A stretch of 64,000 nucleotides of DNA, taken from Oscillospiraceae bacterium (GTDB lineage Bacteria > Bacillota > Clostridia > Oscillospirales > Ruminococcaceae). The position numbers and the translations under genes were made by a program. Positions 60,138-64,000 of the stretch are shown here, piece by piece (position 1 is the first letter of the stretch; each line of letters begins with the position of its first letter). The notes below the pieces were generated by a model. That model did no database searches, was not told the origin of the DNA, and saw only the letters and a program-made list of their open reading frames with translations. The stretch spans positions 820-64,819 of the forward strand of contig JBJEQP010000038.1 in NCBI GenBank assembly GCA_051881815.1, in the 5' to 3' direction.

Positions 60138-60824
60138 TCAAACAATAGAAGCGATATCCACAAGGTTTTCACAAACCCTGCAATCCATGCCCTGCGCATT
60201 GTTATTATGTACAAGAATTGCCGGAATACCAACGGAAAGCGCACCTTTTATATCGCTCTGCGGATTATCGCCGACCATAAAGCAACGCTCGGGATATCCT
60301 GCCACTTTCAGAGCCGCTTCAAAGATCTCACGCCTCGGCTTGTCATAGCCGATCTGCGCAGATATTATCATTCCGTCAAAATACTGTGCAAGCCCTATTT
60401 TCTCCATAGTTTTATCAAGCTCGGGGTAATTGTTTGAAAGGAGAAAATGCTTATATCCCTTTTCACGGAGCATTTCAAGCGTTTTTACCGTATCATCATA
60501 TAAATGATAGTTCTCGGGTTCAAGCAGAAGCTTTCGGAACAACGGAAGCAGCTTTTTCACTTCACTTTCCGTAATACCAACAGCTTTATATACTTTTTGT
60601 ATATGTTCAAAGGTATAATCCCACCATTTTTCACCCGTTAATTCGTGCAGATCCTCATAGTAAAAATCCCATGAGAAGCCGTGCGACATCGGCGGCCGAA
60701 TGTCTTCAAGCGTTATATCCTTGTGTTCGGTATAACGCTGCAAACTGCGGTAGAGCGAGCCGCTCCAGAGGTGTTCGGAGTGGACGAGCGTTCCGTCAAA
60801 GTCCCAGAAGATCGTTTTGTTCAT
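60138..60824 (-). CDS. HAD-superfamily hydrolase (phosphatase)
   Basis: Motif I 'FWDFDGTLV', motif IV 'VGDNPQSDIKG'. Starts about 12 nt after the TerD-fusion gene stop. Confidence 0.8.
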   Translation of the reverse strand: MNKTIFWDFDGTLVHSEHLWSGSLYRSLQRYTEHKDITLEDIRPPMSHGFSWDFYYEDLHELTGEKWWDYTFEHIQKVYKAVGITESEVKKLLPLFRKLLLEPENYHLYDDTVKTLEMLREKGYKHFLLSNNYPELDKTMEKIGLAQYFDGMIISAQIGYDKPRREIFEAALKVAGYPERCFMVGDNPQSDIKGALSVGIPAILVHNNNAQGMDCRVCENLVDIASIV

Positions 60825-60836
60825 AGTTTTCACCGA

Positions 60837-62105
60837 TCAATTCAGAATATTAAGTCCGTAGTTCCTGCAAAGATCCTCAAGTCCCCTCGGATAGATCATT
60901 CCGAGCGGAGAGATACGGAAGCCGTCCTCGCTGCGGATAAGCTCAATGCCCACAACAGTTCCGACGTCGAGCGGCTTCGGCAGCATAAAGATATAGTTTG
61001 TTCCGTCTTCAAGCGTTATTGAAACGGCAGGATTGGAAAGATCGCTGAAATTGAGGTTCAGCGGATTGTTATAGATAGAATATGCAATGTCTATCTCCGC
61101 AACATCATGCGGTATCATATCGAAGTTTATGTGGAAGACCTTTTTGTCGGGGGCGTTAAGAAGCTTGACTCCGCCGCCGATAGAGTGGTCGTTGCCGAAG
61201 AAAACGAACCTGTCGTTCTGTGTGACGGTTCCCTCCTCGTTCGTCAGGAATGCAAACGCATCGACCTCCATAGGGAAGTCCTTGTTGTCGTAGAGAAGCT
61301 CTATCTGCGCAGAGGGGGAATCCGCCTTGACGAGCATTCCACGTTCAATTATGAGAAGCTCATGGGGTTTCTTTTCATCATCATAAGGCATCGGCGCAAG
61401 AAGTGCGGCTTCGATGTCCTCCTCTTCCTCCTCGGGATAGATCATACCCTGCTCGCTGACCTCTTCATCGGTCGGCGCAGGCTCCGCTTCATAAACGAGA
61501 GCGCCGTCCTCAAAGCCGTAAGCGTTTTCCGCAGCTTCGCCCGAAATATATATCCTTCGTTTAACGCCAGTTTCAAAAGAAAGCTCACCATAAAGCAGAG
61601 TTCCGCTTTTCATCGGCTCGATCTCAATAAGGACGGTGTTTTCGCCTGCCGAAAGCTCGGGTTCGGGGATAGTTACTCCGCTCGATTCGGAAACGAGCCT
61701 TGCTGCGGTCGGGAGCATTACAAGGATGCGCACCGAGCAGCCTTTATCGGCAGGAAATACGCCGACATTTATCACGGTCGGTATGCCGAAATAGCCTTCC
61801 TCGCCGTCAATGCCCGTGACCTTTCCGCTGACGGTCACATTGTTAAGGATGGTGCCTTTGCAGGACGAACAAACCGCCGTTCCCGTTCTCGGGTCAAGAT
61901 GCTCGGCAAGCAGGTCGTTTATCTCAACATCGGGTGCGTTTATCGTCAGCGCAGTTCCTCTGCCGCACAGAAGCAAAGCGCCGTTCCCGTATATCGTGCA
62001 GGGAACGCTGACGGTAAAATTGCCCTCGTATTCGCCGTGAGGGATCCTCACTTCACCGTTCAATTCAACAGAATCAAGCCTTTTCTGAAGCTCCGTTGCG
62101 TTCAC
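60837..62105 (-). CDS. TerD-domain fusion protein (unknown beta-rich N-terminal region, acidic linker, C-terminal TerD-like domain)
   Basis: C-terminal about 160 aa: 'VDAFAFLTNEEGTVTQNDRFVFFGNDHS...FHINFDMIPHDVAEIDIAYSIYN...NFSDLSNPAVSI...GIELIRSEDGFRISPLG...GLEDLCRNYGLNI' follows the TerD/CAPAB pattern. GTG start behind AAGGAGG overlaps the upstream stop (GTGA). Confidence 0.7.
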   Translation of the reverse strand: MNATELQKRLDSVELNGEVRIPHGEYEGNFTVSVPCTIYGNGALLLCGRGTALTINAPDVEINDLLAEHLDPRTGTAVCSSCKGTILNNVTVSGKVTGIDGEEGYFGIPTVINVGVFPADKGCSVRILVMLPTAARLVSESSGVTIPEPELSAGENTVLIEIEPMKSGTLLYGELSFETGVKRRIYISGEAAENAYGFEDGALVYEAEPAPTDEEVSEQGMIYPEEEEEDIEAALLAPMPYDDEKKPHELLIIERGMLVKADSPSAQIELLYDNKDFPMEVDAFAFLTNEEGTVTQNDRFVFFGNDHSIGGGVKLLNAPDKKVFHINFDMIPHDVAEIDIAYSIYNNPLNLNFSDLSNPAVSITLEDGTNYIFMLPKPLDVGTVVGIELIRSEDGFRISPLGMIYPRGLEDLCRNYGLNILN

Positions 62106-64000
62106 GAACGCACCTCCTTTGAGCCGCATTCAGCACAGCGCTTTTGGCATACTTTTCCTAACTGCAGCGCTGTTATCCCGGTCAATAAAGCGTCCACTGC
62201 CGCAGAGCCGATAATAACGGCGACGCTCAAAGCAGGGGAAGCAATACCGATGCCGAAAAACATTGACGCAGCGTTAAGGACAAGCAGAACTATTCGTATA
62301 ATATCATAGATCGAAGCGCATTTTTTGATCTCTTTGGAGCAGCCCATTCCGACTGCCGCAGAATATATGCCGTCGGAAGCTATGCAGTCAGCGATCTCCT
62401 TTGCGGCAATGCAGCTTTCGGCAGCCGCAAAAACTGTGTTTGCTTCCTCACATTCGAGCGCATCATGAACATCGACCGCAGTTGTTCCAACCGTTTTCCC
62501 TGCCGACCTTGCGATACCGATGAGCTTGCTCTTATCGCATCTGCCCGTGATGATCTTTACCCTTTTAAGAGTCTTTGCCGCTTCGGCACGCCCCATTTCG
62601 GCAAGCTCCTTGTATGAGATAACATCGTCTGCTCCTGCGCTTGTGACAGCCTTGTCGGGAAGAGCGGCTTCATCATACGGAACAAGAAGTATCGGTCTGC
62701 TGCCGTGTTCCGTGAGTTTTTTGAACGCAGTTTCGGCAATGCCGCGGTATTTTTCACGAATCGTCATCATTCCGATGAAGACCTTTCTGCCGTCCCAAAG
62801 CTCGGCAGCGTAGGCGATAACAGAGTTGCCCTGGAAAATAAGCTCCTCCGCAAGTGCATTTACTGCCGCAGCGGAGGAAAATTCCTTTTCCTTGCCCGTT
62901 CCGTCAAAAAAGCTTTTGCAGCCGCTTATAATGCTGCCCGGGTCGCCTCTTAAAAAGCGTTTATAGCCGTTTGCAGGAAGGTCGCCCTTTACAAGTCCTG
63001 CGTTTATTTCAAGCTCGACTGTACTTTTGAGCCTATCTGCCATAAAGGTCATTTCAGCGGCTTCGTATGGGTCAGCACTTATTATCCTGCCCTTGTTTAT
63101 AAGAGCAGAGGTGTTTTCCGCAGCCGCATTTGCTGCGATCGTTCCAAGCGGATAAGGGATCTCGTAAAATTTCTGTACCATTGAGCCGCTTCCGTCCGTG
63201 AAGCCGACAGCAACAGGCTTTCCGTCCGTTACAAATCCGCTTCTGTCAACGAAAAGCACATCTCGCTTCGGCGTGAGAGTTCTCAGATCTGCGCCGCTGC
63301 GGCGTATCTCGGTTCTGCTTGCGGTGAGGAATTCTGCAAGCGGGTCTTTAAGTCCTGCTCCTGCGATTAAAATAAGCGATGCAAACAGAGCCGTTTTCAT
63401 CGGGAGTAAGCTCATTCCCTCTCCGATTTTTTCAGCACGGTAAGCTGTCCATAATGTAAGCGCAGCCGTCAGAACCGAGGCAATTATTATACAAACAGTA
63501 TATCCTTTCAAAGATATTACAAGAGGTTTGGCAAATTTCTCCTCAACACGGGTGACCTTCATTACAGCGTGACCCGATGTGACGAGTGTTCCCTTCTCGA
63601 GTGTGTACTCGCCCGTGATATCTTCGTCGATCTCTTCTTTAAGATCTCTGCGCACAAGGTCGGTCCTGCCGTCTGTGTCGATGGTGATATCGCCCGTCTG
63701 GACTATACCCTCGGCAGGAACGATATCCCCTGCGGTGAGCAGAACATAGTCGCCCTTTACGATATCCCCCGTTTTGACCTCTGCAACAGAGTTGCCGCAG
63801 CGGTAGACCTTGCATTTACTGTCGTTTCGGAGCGAATGGGACTTCCCTTTTCGGCGCAGAAGTGCGCTTTCCCATACACAGACAATAAACAGAGCCGCAG
63901 CGTTGGCAATGACCGACATAACGCAGGGCAATATGCTACGAAGTCCGCTGCCCGAGGAAAAGATTATCCCGAAGCCGATGCAGCAAAGCACGATTATTAT
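62102..64000 (-). CDS. P-type ATPase-like membrane protein with degenerate catalytic motifs; 5' end outside window
   Basis: A-domain pattern 'VKTGDIVKGDYVLLTAGDIVPAEGIV' and P-domain 'VLFVDRSGFVTDGKP' where DKTGT is expected. No TGES. GDGxND region reads 'TTAVDVHDAL'. Frame open to the window edge. Confidence 0.7.
   Translation of the reverse strand: MIIVLCCIGFGIIFSSGSGLRSILPCVMSVIANAAALFIVCVWESALLRRKGKSHSLRNDSKCKVYRCGNSVAEVKTGDIVKGDYVLLTAGDIVPAEGIVQTGDITIDTDGRTDLVRRDLKEEIDEDITGEYTLEKGTLVTSGHAVMKVTRVEEKFAKPLVISLKGYTVCIIIASVLTAALTLWTAYRAEKIGEGMSLLPMKTALFASLILIAGAGLKDPLAEFLTASRTEIRRSGADLRTLTPKRDVLFVDRSGFVTDGKPVAVGFTDGSGSMVQKFYEIPYPLGTIAANAAAENTSALINKGRIISADPYEAAEMTFMADRLKSTVELEINAGLVKGDLPANGYKRFLRGDPGSIISGCKSFFDGTGKEKEFSSAAAVNALAEELIFQGNSVIAYAAELWDGRKVFIGMMTIREKYRGIAETAFKKLTEHGSRPILLVPYDEAALPDKAVTSAGADDVISYKELAEMGRAEAAKTLKRVKIITGRCDKSKLIGIARSAGKTVGTTAVDVHDALECEEANTVFAAAESCIAAKEIADCIASDGIYSAAVGMGCSKEIKKCASIYDIIRIVLLVLNAASMFFGIGIASPALSVAVIIGSAAVDALLTGITALQLGKVCQKRCAECGSKEVRS

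Noticed and set aside
61107-62309. 400-aa plus-strand ORF
   Set aside because: Antisense to the TerD-fusion gene and the end of the ATPase-like gene; Arg/Phe-rich shadow composition. The minus-strand genes have recognisable domains and coupled starts.

Overview
64-kb chromosomal segment with low-GC Firmicutes/Clostridia features: TTGACA/TGnTATAAT promoters, GGAGG ribosome-binding sites, a T-box and L10 leader, and an Rnf complex. I cannot name a species. Housekeeping content: serA (5'-truncated), two tandem orphan solute-binding lipoproteins, a DD-carboxypeptidase, rplJ-rplL with leader, glgP, rnfCDGEAB preceded by apbE/NusG-II/Gx-transporter genes, nnr-acpS, T-box-pheS-(inserted ORF)-pheT, typA, a tRNA-Pro/Thr/Tyr cluster, a complete atpIBEFHAGDC operon, one dCache chemoreceptor and htrA. 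Accessory content: five XRE-type regulators, a secreted nuclease and a DinJ/YoeB toxin-antitoxin pair. No CRISPR array, rRNA, transposase, integrase or reverse transcriptase was seen. Main leads: (1) a tightly packed six-gene operon (51421-58341) led by a YdjI/COG4260-type SPFH zinc-ribbon protein; its five partners (two membrane proteins, a paralogous helical pair, a beta-helix protein) match no family I can name, making it the best candidate for an undescribed membrane-associated system. (2) A convergent Ter-like operon (60138-64000): a P-type-ATPase homologue with degenerate catalytic motifs, translationally coupled to a TerD-domain fusion and a HAD phosphatase. (3) A dispersed family of 100-180-nt hairpin elements (five copies plus solo ends) whose arms differ between copies but stay complementary. 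(4) An identical 20-mer (TAATGCG)2TAATTA sitting at or just after four stop codons. (5) A two-carboxylate Na+-type c-subunit signature in atpE, in the same window as Rnf. All domain calls come from motif recognition by eye; no database search was possible.
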